Shown here piece by piece: positions 55,331 to 63,189 of a DNA stretch of 64,000 nucleotides. Under the pieces are notes generated by a model, which made no database searches, was not told the origin of the DNA, and saw only the letters and a program-made list of their open reading frames with translations. Position 1 is the stretch's first letter; each line of letters opens with the position of its first letter. Origin of the DNA: a virus (lineage: Duplodnaviria; Heunggongvirae; Uroviricota; Caudoviricetes); IMG/VR virus record IMGVR_UViG_3300048590_001376. One strand, given 5' to 3'. The translations under genes and the position numbers were made by a program.

Positions 55331-55979
55331 ATTGTCTCCTTTCTCCTGACTTAATCCGCCTTACATGGCGAACTGTTATACCGAAAGTCTTGGCTATTAC
55401 CGACAAGCTAATGCCTCTTTCGATCTTGTTGTGTATCCGCTTAATATCTTCATTGCTCAATCGGGCCATTCCATGCCTTTCCCCACGGTTTGATGTCCCA
55501 TGATTAACACGATCCATTTGGTTTGAGCTAACTGTGCCCCACCGAAGGTTGTCTAGTCGGCAGTCAAGCGGATTGCCGTTTCTGTGACACCCCTCATAGC
55601 CTTGTGGCCTGGGACCAATAAAAGTTTCCAAGACAAGAATATGAACTTTCGTAAGTCGCGTTTGCGACCCATTACATAGCTTGACGGTCAAGTATTCTCC
55701 AGATACTCCGGGACTGAGAAGTTGGCCGGCGTACCCACCTTTATATCCAACATCTCTCCTTAGTCGTCCAAGATTGGATACTGAATACACTTGCTCAAAC
55801 CCGACAACTGGGCGCCACAACTCGCCTTTAATGAAGTTCCTCCTCCCCATGTCCTTAATAATTAATTCCTTGGCGACAGCTCTCGCCGCTGCTCGCGTCA
55901 CATACGGCCCTAGATTGCAACTGCCACCAGTAACCCACCAGGACTTGTCGGCACGACGCTGAATTCTCAGTTGAGCCAT
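55323..55979 (-). CDS. HNH homing endonuclease (NUMOD4, HNH_3, C-terminal HTH).
   Basis: EQVYSVSNLGRLRR (NUMOD4), CHRNGNPLDCRLDNLRWGT (HNH), ISLSVIAKTFGITVRHVRRI (HTH). Start at the ATG at 55977-55979, with GGAGG 4 nt upstream. Confidence 0.55.
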   Translation of the reverse strand: MAQLRIQRRADKSWWVTGGSCNLGPYVTRAAARAVAKELIIKDMGRRNFIKGELWRPVVGFEQVYSVSNLGRLRRDVGYKGGYAGQLLSPGVSGEYLTVKLCNGSQTRLTKVHILVLETFIGPRPQGYEGCHRNGNPLDCRLDNLRWGTVSSNQMDRVNHGTSNRGERHGMARLSNEDIKRIHNKIERGISLSVIAKTFGITVRHVRRIKSGERRQYG

Positions 55980-56260
55980 GCCGCCTCCAGTCTGGCAATC
56001 TCTGAACCCCAGTCGGTTCCGTCTACTGCAAGCGTGAAGTATACACGTTGCCCGCACCTGAGCCTTTTGAGAACAATTGGCTTGTCAGCCAGTGACTCAA
56101 CAGCCATGGCAAGCAGCCAGTGCGTTAATTCGTCGACACTCTGTTCGCAATCAACCGGCTTGCTTTTCTCGATAGCTTCACTGAGTAACTTGAAATCCAT
56201 TCGAGAAACGCCGGGCATGCCAACTGCAAACTGAATAGGAATGTGAAGGTACGCCATCAT
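55967..56260 (-). CDS. Hypothetical protein.
   Basis: 97-aa ORF. Confidence 0.35.
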   Translation of the reverse strand: MMAYLHIPIQFAVGMPGVSRMDFKLLSEAIEKSKPVDCEQSVDELTHWLLAMAVESLADKPIVLKRLRCGQRVYFTLAVDGTDWGSEIARLEAAWLN

Positions 56261-56865
56261 GGGTACTCCGTTACGATGTGCCCGAATCGCTCACATGCCT
56301 CTTTGGTTTCCAAGGTATGCACAGCGACACGGCTAGTTAGATGGCCACGAATCCGCCGCGAGTCCCGGTAGGCCGATTGCTGCCATTCCGGGAAGCACTT
56401 GCGAAAGTCCGGCTCGTGGTCGGCTTTGAGATTGATTCGCCGATTGAGCGCCTGCATAAACTCACGACGGAACCCAGCCAGGCCGAGCCCCTCTGACATC
56501 CGATTCATGCGGATGCGGTTCGAGTCGGACTCTTTCAGCAGAGAAAATGCTCGCTTATACGCCGACGACATTTCCCGGACGTGCCTGTATCGCCACAGCG
56601 GCAGGGAGTTTCGATGCTCGACGAGAGCGTCGAAGATACATTGCTTGTCAGCGGCCGATGGCTCATGCCAATTGCCGCGATAATACTGGTCGACAACAAA
56701 GGCTTGTCGACCGCGATATGGTGCGGTGTGCAGCTTGTTGTGGTGCCACCGCAGCGGACGGCCAGCGTCACGACTAATCAGGTACGCGATCACTGAGCTA
56801 ACGCCCGCCAGCGTGACGAATCCGCCACTATCAGCACGACCGACATGCCATACTGGTAGTTTCAT
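56257..56865 (-). CDS. Hypothetical protein.
   Basis: Start at the internal ATG at 56863-56865 (MKLPVWHV...), with GGAGGAA upstream. Confidence 0.4.
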   Translation of the reverse strand: MKLPVWHVGRADSGGFVTLAGVSSVIAYLISRDAGRPLRWHHNKLHTAPYRGRQAFVVDQYYRGNWHEPSAADKQCIFDALVEHRNSLPLWRYRHVREMSSAYKRAFSLLKESDSNRIRMNRMSEGLGLAGFRREFMQALNRRINLKADHEPDFRKCFPEWQQSAYRDSRRIRGHLTSRVAVHTLETKEACERFGHIVTEYP

Positions 56866-57056
56866 TTGCGATTCCTCCGAAGTTGTTGCAGCTCTCGCCG
56901 AACTATTTCGCGGGCGCCATGGGCTAAGTAGCTTCGCCACTGGCGGCCGCTGGGGCTCGACTTAGAGAGCTTTGTGTGGTCGTTGATCCACGCTTGCCCA
57001 CGAGTGAGCAAGCGGATCTTGTGGATGACTGGGTGCATTAAGTCGCTCCCGTTTGA

Positions 57057-57710
57057 TTAGCCGGCCAGCTTGAGCTGCGCGGCTTGATACAAGTGATACA
57101 TTCCGTTCGGCAGCCCCCTGCCGCGAATCCTGGCTTGATCGGCCTTGATCTCGACGACGCGCTTGCGAAGCGTGCCGACCGTGCGCGGATGGATGTCGAT
57201 TTCCAGATGCCGCAGCAAGTCGACCAGATCGTCGCCGGAGACGTACTCGCCCTGCTTGACTTTGGCGGCGATGGCATCGATCCGCTTCTGTCGCTCGGCG
57301 GCTTTGTCGGCGAGTCGTTGCTGCTCCTTCGCCTCGCGCTCATCCCGGCGGCCTTGCAAGAACGCTTCATAGCGTTCGTGGCCAATGTACTTGCGGAACG
57401 CGGCGTCGGTGCCAGCGACCGTGTTCGGCAGCTCGACGCCAGTGAATGCAGTGAACAGCGCTCGCCAGTTTTTGTTGCTGGGATGCAGGAACCCTTTGCT
57501 ATGCCGCTCCATCATCCGGTCGGGATCGAGGATGATTTCGACCCACTGGTGAGCCTCGCTACGCAGCTTCTCTTTGTATTCAGCAAGCTGCTCCGGCGTG
57601 ATCTTGGCGAGCTGCTCGGCGCGGTACTCGCGATAGTAGGCCATTTCGTCGTCGTATCGACTCTGCGCGAACTGCTCGACGGCCGCATGCTGGTTGGGGG
57701 TAAGTGTCAT
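57057..57710 (-). CDS. Hypothetical protein, helical and charged.
   Basis: 217 aa from the ATG at 57708-57710 (MTLTPNQ...), preceded by the start-associated motif. The 85-aa N-terminal extension in the ORF track is rejected. Confidence 0.45.
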   Translation of the reverse strand: MTLTPNQHAAVEQFAQSRYDDEMAYYREYRAEQLAKITPEQLAEYKEKLRSEAHQWVEIILDPDRMMERHSKGFLHPSNKNWRALFTAFTGVELPNTVAGTDAAFRKYIGHERYEAFLQGRRDEREAKEQQRLADKAAERQKRIDAIAAKVKQGEYVSGDDLVDLLRHLEIDIHPRTVGTLRKRVVEIKADQARIRGRGLPNGMYHLYQAAQLKLAG

Positions 57711-57718
57711 GGCTTCAT

Positions 57719-57742
57719 TCCTCACTAGGGTTTTTGGAAACG
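57719..57742 (-). promoter_or_regulatory. Start-associated conserved motif (gene strand: CGTTTCCAAAAACCCTAGTGAGGAA-N7-ATG).
   Basis: Instance of the early-gene motif. A GGAAACG direct repeat lies nearby. Confidence 0.5.
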
Positions 57743-57772
57743 AGATTGGAAACGGGAATCGAGAGCCAGCGG

Positions 57773-57982
57773 TCACAGTCGAATCCGCAGGTTCTCCAGG
57801 ATCGATTGTTCTCCAGGGGTCAGTTTTCGCTCGGCCTGAATCTTGCGTGCCAAGTCGCGAATCTCGCCAATGCAGATGGCCTCGGCCATGCCTCGCTCGG
57901 ATGCGGTGCCGCCATAATTCACGCGGTCTTGCTGCATGGCGGCGTACAGTTGTGTAATGGTCCATGGCTTCAATTGTTTCAT
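57773..57982 (-). CDS. Small protein; paralog of 58030..58260.
   Basis: 69 aa from the ATG at 57980-57982. The TQLYAAMQ motif is shared with the neighbouring gene. The start-associated motif lies upstream. Confidence 0.4.
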   Translation of the reverse strand: MKQLKPWTITQLYAAMQQDRVNYGGTASERGMAEAICIGEIRDLARKIQAERKLTPGEQSILENLRIRL

Positions 57983-57990
57983 GGTCAATG

Positions 57991-58012
57991 CTCCACTAGG
58001 GGTTTCAGGACC
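57991..58012 (-). promoter_or_regulatory. Start-associated conserved motif (gene strand: GGTCCTGAAACCCCTAGTGGAG-N8-ATG).
   Basis: Instance of the early-gene motif. Confidence 0.5.
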
Positions 58013-58029
58013 GGCCGCATCGCGGCGGC

Positions 58030-58260
58030 TCACTTCACGTTGTCAACGATCACTCGCTCCAGCGGATTCAGCTTGCGGGTCAGCTTGGCTGCCGCAGCCT
58101 GGATGTCGCTGGCGCCTTTAGACCAGCAGGCGTCGCGAGCGGCGTCGGTTGTGCATTGCCGCAGCTCGCGTTGCATGGCCTCGTAGAGTTGACAGATGGA
58201 ACGAGAACGTGGTTGGTTTTCCAGGTAATCCATTTCGGCTTCGATCTGGTGAAGGTGCAT
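58030..58260 (-). CDS. Small protein; paralog of 57773..57982.
   Basis: 76 aa with a CQLYEAMQ motif. Confidence 0.4.
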   Translation of the reverse strand: MHLHQIEAEMDYLENQPRSRSICQLYEAMQRELRQCTTDAARDACWSKGASDIQAAAAKLTRKLNPLERVIVDNVK

Positions 58261-58366
58261 TGGCTACTCCGTTCGTTTATTCATGGGAATCCAAAATCGC
58301 CAGCACGGCCGCGAGGCCGAGCAGTAGATAGAAGAGAGAGGCGAGCATTCCTTTGCTCCTGATGAT

Positions 58367-58621
58367 TTAAGTCGGCGGATGAATAACTTCGTCGCTATTG
58401 CAATCCGACCAGAGCGTGTGCCAATTACCGCACCCGTCGTCGTACTTCAGGAGCACCATGCGAATCTCGCCGCGATACAGCGGCTTAACGATGTCGTCCA
58501 CCCTTTCGATCGTGGCTCCGACGTGAGGCAAGTTCAGGCTTTGTAACGCTCTCACCCGCATCCCAACGTAAGCCTCGCTGGGGCGAACTGGCTTGATCTT
58601 TTGTTTGTGCTTCGTTTCCAT
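58367..58621 (-). CDS. Hypothetical small protein.
   Basis: 84-aa ORF. Confidence 0.4.
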   Translation of the reverse strand: METKHKQKIKPVRPSEAYVGMRVRALQSLNLPHVGATIERVDDIVKPLYRGEIRMVLLKYDDGCGNWHTLWSDCNSDEVIHPPT

Positions 58622-58624
58622 GGT

Positions 58625-59299
58625 TCATCCCCAAGGGAGTTGGTACTTCTCACTGCACACCGGCCCATAGCCCACTTCCACAGAACGCGGATCAGTGAGC
58701 GGCCTGGCACAGAAGCAGCAATTGCCAGTCTCGCGGCCATACTCGGCAGCGACTTCGGCCGGGTCCGCGGCGAAGCGTTTCAGGAAAGCGATCACGTCTT
58801 GATCGCTGTTCTTTCCCTCGACCAACACGCCACCCTTGGTGACGTGCCCGTACCAGCGGTTGTTGGGGAAGTGGCCATCGTCAGTGACCATGATCGAGCC
58901 AGCGTATTTGCTGTTTGGCCCGGCTAGGTACAACCGCACGCGGTCGCCGCTCTCCAGGTCGAAGCTGATCTTCGGCTTGCGAAGCGACTCGGCGGCGTGC
59001 TGGAACATGGCGTAGACTTGCGAGAAATCGCCAACCTTGTGAGTCGGCTTCTCTGGTGCCACGCCCGACGATTGGGCTCGCTCAATTGCCTCGTTGACTA
59101 GCTTGTGAACGTATGGCCACTGCCGCTCGGTCAGGCTGCCGTAGCGCCGCCAGGACGTAACGAGCGACTTGGCGAATTCAAGCGCCCGCGGCGGTGTGCC
59201 AAGGGCCTTTTCGTCGGCGATGTCGCAGAGGCGAGCAATCGCAGTGGCGTCGGACATGTCGCTGTCGAAGGACTGTCCGGTGGAAAGAGTCATCATCAT
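58625..59299 (-). CDS. Protein with a C-terminal DUF6011-like zinc-binding motif.
   Basis: 224 aa. C-terminal GNCCFCARPLTDPRSVEVGYGPVC resembles DUF6011, recalled from memory. The start-associated motif lies upstream. Confidence 0.4.
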   Translation of the reverse strand: MMMTLSTGQSFDSDMSDATAIARLCDIADEKALGTPPRALEFAKSLVTSWRRYGSLTERQWPYVHKLVNEAIERAQSSGVAPEKPTHKVGDFSQVYAMFQHAAESLRKPKISFDLESGDRVRLYLAGPNSKYAGSIMVTDDGHFPNNRWYGHVTKGGVLVEGKNSDQDVIAFLKRFAADPAEVAAEYGRETGNCCFCARPLTDPRSVEVGYGPVCSEKYQLPWG

Positions 59300-59307
59300 G
59301 GTAGGTG

Positions 59308-59331
59308 CCTCGAACTAGGGTTTCGGAAATG
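59308..59331 (-). promoter_or_regulatory. Start-associated conserved motif (gene strand: CATTTCCGAAACCCTAGTTCGAGG-N8-ATG).
   Basis: Instance of the early-gene motif. Confidence 0.5.
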
Positions 59332-59352
59332 AAGGACAGCGGGCGACGGCTG

Positions 59353-60084
59353 TCACCACTCGTCCGGATTTTCTTTCTCGTGTTGGAATGCACACTCGGC
59401 GTGCATTGAGCCTTGCGGCGTACTCTCGCCGTCCGACTCTTCTTGGATCATCTCACCGCAGTGCGCGCATTCGATTCCCTCGTGACGATGGCTGCTGCCT
59501 GGTGGCCCGCCAGCAAAGTCGCCGCCGCAGGTATCTTTGGCGTCGTCTAGGTCGCAATCGCGAATCGTCTTATCGATCAACTGCTCCAGTCCTTCGCCGG
59601 TCTTGAACGTGAATTGCCATTTATCGTCAGGCCGCGGCTCAAGTTGGAACCATGCGGACCTATTGACCAATGACATGCAGATCGCGCGGACATAGCGGCC
59701 AGTCACAAGGCGATCAACAACCAGCTCGTCAGCCGCGACAACCAGCTTGTCGGCAATGTCTTTGAGTCGGCGGTAGAGTTCTTGCCTGCTCATAAAGAAA
59801 TCGCGGCTGGGCTCCGGCGTCTGCTCAGCGGGTTCCTTGTCGGCCAGCTCGGCGCTGCCATTGTGTTCCGCAATGAACAAGGCATCGCGAGCCTGCCGCA
59901 ATGCTTGCGGATCGTGCTCATTCAGGAATGCCACAATCTTCGGGTCGAGCACGAGCATCGACAGTGCCGTAAACATCCGCTGGCCGCGAAACCACAACTC
60001 TTTAACAAGCGGATCGCAGAGCGAATGCAACGGAACGATCTTGCAATCGGCTTTCGTGGCGTGCGGATGACCTTTAATAAACAT
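59353..60084 (-). CDS. Hypothetical protein with a C-terminal CxxC...HxxC cluster.
   Basis: 244 aa from the ATG at 60082-60084, downstream of a terminator hairpin. The longer ORF-track start would place the hairpin inside the gene. Confidence 0.45.
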   Translation of the reverse strand: MFIKGHPHATKADCKIVPLHSLCDPLVKELWFRGQRMFTALSMLVLDPKIVAFLNEHDPQALRQARDALFIAEHNGSAELADKEPAEQTPEPSRDFFMSRQELYRRLKDIADKLVVAADELVVDRLVTGRYVRAICMSLVNRSAWFQLEPRPDDKWQFTFKTGEGLEQLIDKTIRDCDLDDAKDTCGGDFAGGPPGSSHRHEGIECAHCGEMIQEESDGESTPQGSMHAECAFQHEKENPDEW

Positions 60085-60103
60085 GGGCAGTGACCTTTCA
60101 ATG

Positions 60104-60135
60104 AAAAGGCCCCGCATGGCTGCGGCCATGCGGGG
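60104..60135 (-). terminator. Rho-independent terminator.
   Basis: Perfect 11-bp stem ccccgcatggc / gccatgcgggg (60110-60135), followed on the minus strand by CCTTTTCATT. Confidence 0.5.
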
Positions 60136-60175
60136 CTCGGTGAAGAAACGAACGAAACTCTGGCGTCAGGTCCGG

Positions 60176-61648
60176 CTATGCCTCGACAGCCTGTCGCTCC
60201 ATCAGCAGCTTGGCGGCCAAGCCGAACGCGAAATTCTGAAAGTCCCGCGTGAAGTCGCCGGCCTGGGTGATGTAATGGGCCAATTCTTCAAGCATGACGT
60301 AATGCAATATCGCGCTGCGTCCGGTGGCGATGTCCGCGTGAATGCAGATTTCGCTGGTGCCCATCAAGTGGTATCCCAGCGTCTGCTTTCCGCCGTTGTC
60401 GGTCAACATCATGTAGCAGCGGATGCCCGGCAGCAGCTTGCCATTGGTCATGCCGCGAGCTTCCAGCTCGCCCCAGATTTCATTGGCCACGGCAAGCGTG
60501 TCGTCGGTCGGCGGCAGCATCTGCTTGCCTTCCCGCTCATCTTTGGTCATGACATCGACATCGGTCGTGATGCCATAACGCTGCAACACTTCGTACCAGT
60601 TGGATTGCCGAACGGTGATCGTCCGGTATCCCTTCGAGGCGAGTGAATCGACAACGTAGTCGATCGGCATGCAGGCGACTCCATCGCCAACCGCCAGTTT
60701 CCAGGCCGCCTGCCACTTCTCCTTTATGGCCTTGATCTTCTCGCTGCTACCGTAGCGAATAGGCTCGATCAGGTCATAGGACGAGAAATCCTTTTCCCAG
60801 TAGTCCGGGCTGTCCGGGTCGACGATGGCCCGAAACAGCGTGACCAGCGTGGCGGCATCTGCATTCGCCAAAGCGACCGAGGCGGCATCTTCGCACGAGG
60901 AATCATTGACGTTGCGGCTTTCATCCATCCGCAGGTCGTCACCCAGGTTGTAGTCGAACAAGCTGGGGCGCTCGTCGTCGATCTGGCGAACGAACACGCC
61001 ATTGCGATAGATGGCAGCCGACTTTCGACCATCCATGTTGCGATCGGTCTTGAGCAACACACGCTTGGTGAGGCTGTCCGGCTCGCCCAGGTGCAAGAAC
61101 CGCTTCGGTAGCTCGCGGTGAATCTTGCTGATCTCCGGTGCTAACGGGACAAAGACTCGCGTGTGGCCAGCCTTGGCTCGCATCTTCGATTCGTCCACCA
61201 CGTCAATCACGGCATTGCGCCAGGTGCCGGTTTCCCGCGTCGCACGATCGAGTGCGTTGCTGACAAACTCGCGGATGGCCATGGCCAAGTTATCCCAGTC
61301 GTGGACGCCGTGCTCCAGCACGAAGCCCAGTTCCTGGCGAACGCGGCCAGACTTGCCAGAGCGTTCATCCTTGCCAGACATGTTGCAGACGACCGCTCCG
61401 TACTCATGCGAGAGCAGGCCATCGGTGACGGGTTTCGGCTCGCGGTGAAACTCCAGCTTGCGGGTGCCGCAGTAGACGGTCGGGTTGATGTCGTGTCGCA
61501 GCAGCAGGCCAACCGCTTGCTTGGCGCCGGAGCCGAACTGACCGATCAGGTTGCTGGACGAGCTGTCCATGCGAGTCGTCGAAACGCCAAGCATAGTGAA
61601 TCCCTCGACAGGTGCCACGCCGGGGTTCTCGATGAGCAAAAACAACAT
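60176..61648 (-). CDS. Large early protein of unknown function.
   Basis: 490-aa ORF preceded by the start-associated motif. Confidence 0.5.
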   Translation of the reverse strand: MLFLLIENPGVAPVEGFTMLGVSTTRMDSSSSNLIGQFGSGAKQAVGLLLRHDINPTVYCGTRKLEFHREPKPVTDGLLSHEYGAVVCNMSGKDERSGKSGRVRQELGFVLEHGVHDWDNLAMAIREFVSNALDRATRETGTWRNAVIDVVDESKMRAKAGHTRVFVPLAPEISKIHRELPKRFLHLGEPDSLTKRVLLKTDRNMDGRKSAAIYRNGVFVRQIDDERPSLFDYNLGDDLRMDESRNVNDSSCEDAASVALANADAATLVTLFRAIVDPDSPDYWEKDFSSYDLIEPIRYGSSEKIKAIKEKWQAAWKLAVGDGVACMPIDYVVDSLASKGYRTITVRQSNWYEVLQRYGITTDVDVMTKDEREGKQMLPPTDDTLAVANEIWGELEARGMTNGKLLPGIRCYMMLTDNGGKQTLGYHLMGTSEICIHADIATGRSAILHYVMLEELAHYITQAGDFTRDFQNFAFGLAAKLLMERQAVEA

Positions 61649-61654
61649 GATGAA

Positions 61655-61679
61655 ACTCCACTAGGGTTTTTAGGAAACA
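61655..61679 (-). promoter_or_regulatory. Start-associated conserved motif (gene strand: TGTTTCCTAAAAACCCTAGTGGAG-N7-ATG).
   Basis: Instance of the early-gene motif. Confidence 0.5.
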
Positions 61680-61788
61680 GAGAGAGAAAAGAAACAGCCG
61701 GCGGCTTGCCTCATGCGTCGTGCGTGACATGTGGTCAATCGCGTCAGGCAGGGCGAAGCCGCCGGCTTGAAGGATGCTGACAGCCGAA

Positions 61789-62169
61789 CTACTCGACGAT
61801 CAGCCTCTTGCTCGGTGCGGTGCGCTCGGTCACGGCCTCGGCCGCGGCCTCGCCGGCGAGACGAACGAATTCGTCTTTCCATGACGGGTATCGAGCGCCA
61901 TCGACGATGGCCAGATTGAAGCCACAGCGAGTCGCACTGGTGCGGCCCGCCTGCTTCATCCAGTCCATGATCTGATCGCGAAGCAACTCTTCGGCTTTCT
62001 TGAGCGATCGACTGGCCCGATCCAGCTCCGCACGCTCGGCTGAGACTCGCTTGTACTCGCTGATCTGATCAGCGGTCGGCGGCGGAACCTTTTTCGGTGC
62101 CGGGCCGGCGGCGGCGACTGGCGGGGCGGGCAGTTTGATCGAGCGGCGTGAATTGCGTACAGTTGCCAT
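61789..62169 (-). CDS. Hypothetical protein.
   Basis: 126 aa with an AAGGAG SD 8 nt upstream. Confidence 0.4.
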   Translation of the reverse strand: MATVRNSRRSIKLPAPPVAAAGPAPKKVPPPTADQISEYKRVSAERAELDRASRSLKKAEELLRDQIMDWMKQAGRTSATRCGFNLAIVDGARYPSWKDEFVRLAGEAAAEAVTERTAPSKRLIVE

Positions 62170-62262
62170 AGGTAGTTCTCCTTGTCGAAAGGGGAATGAG
62201 ACAGAGCCCGGCGAAGTGGCGCTTCGACCGGGCTCGTTTTTTGGCCCAGCTACGTGATGGGC

Positions 62263-62472
62263 CTATGGTCTGCCTGCAATCCACTCAACACCGTAGGCGT
62301 GAGCAACTTGCAGATTCGGTACGACTTCCAGGGCGACAACGTGGAGTAAGTTCACGCCGGCCTTTCTGGCGACTTCTCGCGGAAGTTCGTCGTGGGTGCA
62401 TGCCAAGGCCAAGCGGATAGCCCGCCAGTATCGGTGGCTTCCGTACTGACATCGCAATAGATACATTGCCAT
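62263..62472 (-). CDS. Hypothetical small protein.
   Basis: 69-aa ORF starting 3 nt after the stop of the upstream gene. Confidence 0.25.
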   Translation of the reverse strand: MAMYLLRCQYGSHRYWRAIRLALACTHDELPREVARKAGVNLLHVVALEVVPNLQVAHAYGVEWIAGRP

Positions 62473-62475
62473 TGA

Positions 62476-62979
62476 TCACACTCCGTAGGGTTCAGTATCC
62501 GGTGCATACACAACTTCTTCCGGCTGTTCATCGGTCATGGTCGCCAGTGCCTTGCGGCACACGCTGGCCTGCTTCTCGCAGCCGCCGGCCACGTCGAGCC
62601 ATGAGGCGGCGCTGGTTGCCTCGCGGATAAAACCAGCGGTCAAGTCGAGCTGCCGGACGGCACACTCCAAAGCGTTCTTTCGCTCGGATTCATCGGCGGC
62701 GAGCTGCTGCTTGAAGGGCTCGAAGTCCGCTGCGATGGCTGCGTTGTAAGCCTGCTCAACTAGCTCCGCGAATTCCGCGACGGCTCCAGAGCGATTGCCA
62801 ACTGCCTTGCCGTTGACGTGGCAGATGTCCCAGGTGCCCGGCGGTGCGTCGGCCAGCGTCGGGCCTGGTTGAATCGCGACGATCACGCGAAGGCCAGGAA
62901 TCGGCGACAGGTCCAAGCGACATGGTGCCGGCGTGCGCGAAATCTGCATGACGTGCGAAGCGACGACTACAAGTCTCAT
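62476..62979 (-). CDS. Hypothetical protein.
   Basis: 167-aa ORF. Confidence 0.4.
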   Translation of the reverse strand: MRLVVVASHVMQISRTPAPCRLDLSPIPGLRVIVAIQPGPTLADAPPGTWDICHVNGKAVGNRSGAVAEFAELVEQAYNAAIAADFEPFKQQLAADESERKNALECAVRQLDLTAGFIREATSAASWLDVAGGCEKQASVCRKALATMTDEQPEEVVYAPDTEPYGV

Positions 62980-63189
62980 GATTCATTGCTCCAGAAATGA
63001 AAAAGGCCAGCTCGAAGTGAGCTGGCCCGGTGCCAATTTTCGGTGCGGATCAAAACTCGCTGTCGAGCAGTTCCCTTACTCGCTCGGCGTCACCGCTCTT
63101 GACGGCTTCGCGAATGCTCTCATTCTCCAGAGCGATCTGTGGATCGATCATCCGAGCACCGCACAGCACGAGGAATTCAATCTTCGTCA

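Noticed and set aside
60176-61648. Possible GHKL (Bergerat-fold) ATPase assignment for the 490-aa early protein
   Set aside because: A G-rich loop (GQFGSGAKQ) and an N-box-like segment (EFVSNALDRA) are present. Their order is the reverse of canonical GHKL motifs. Left as a protein of unknown function.
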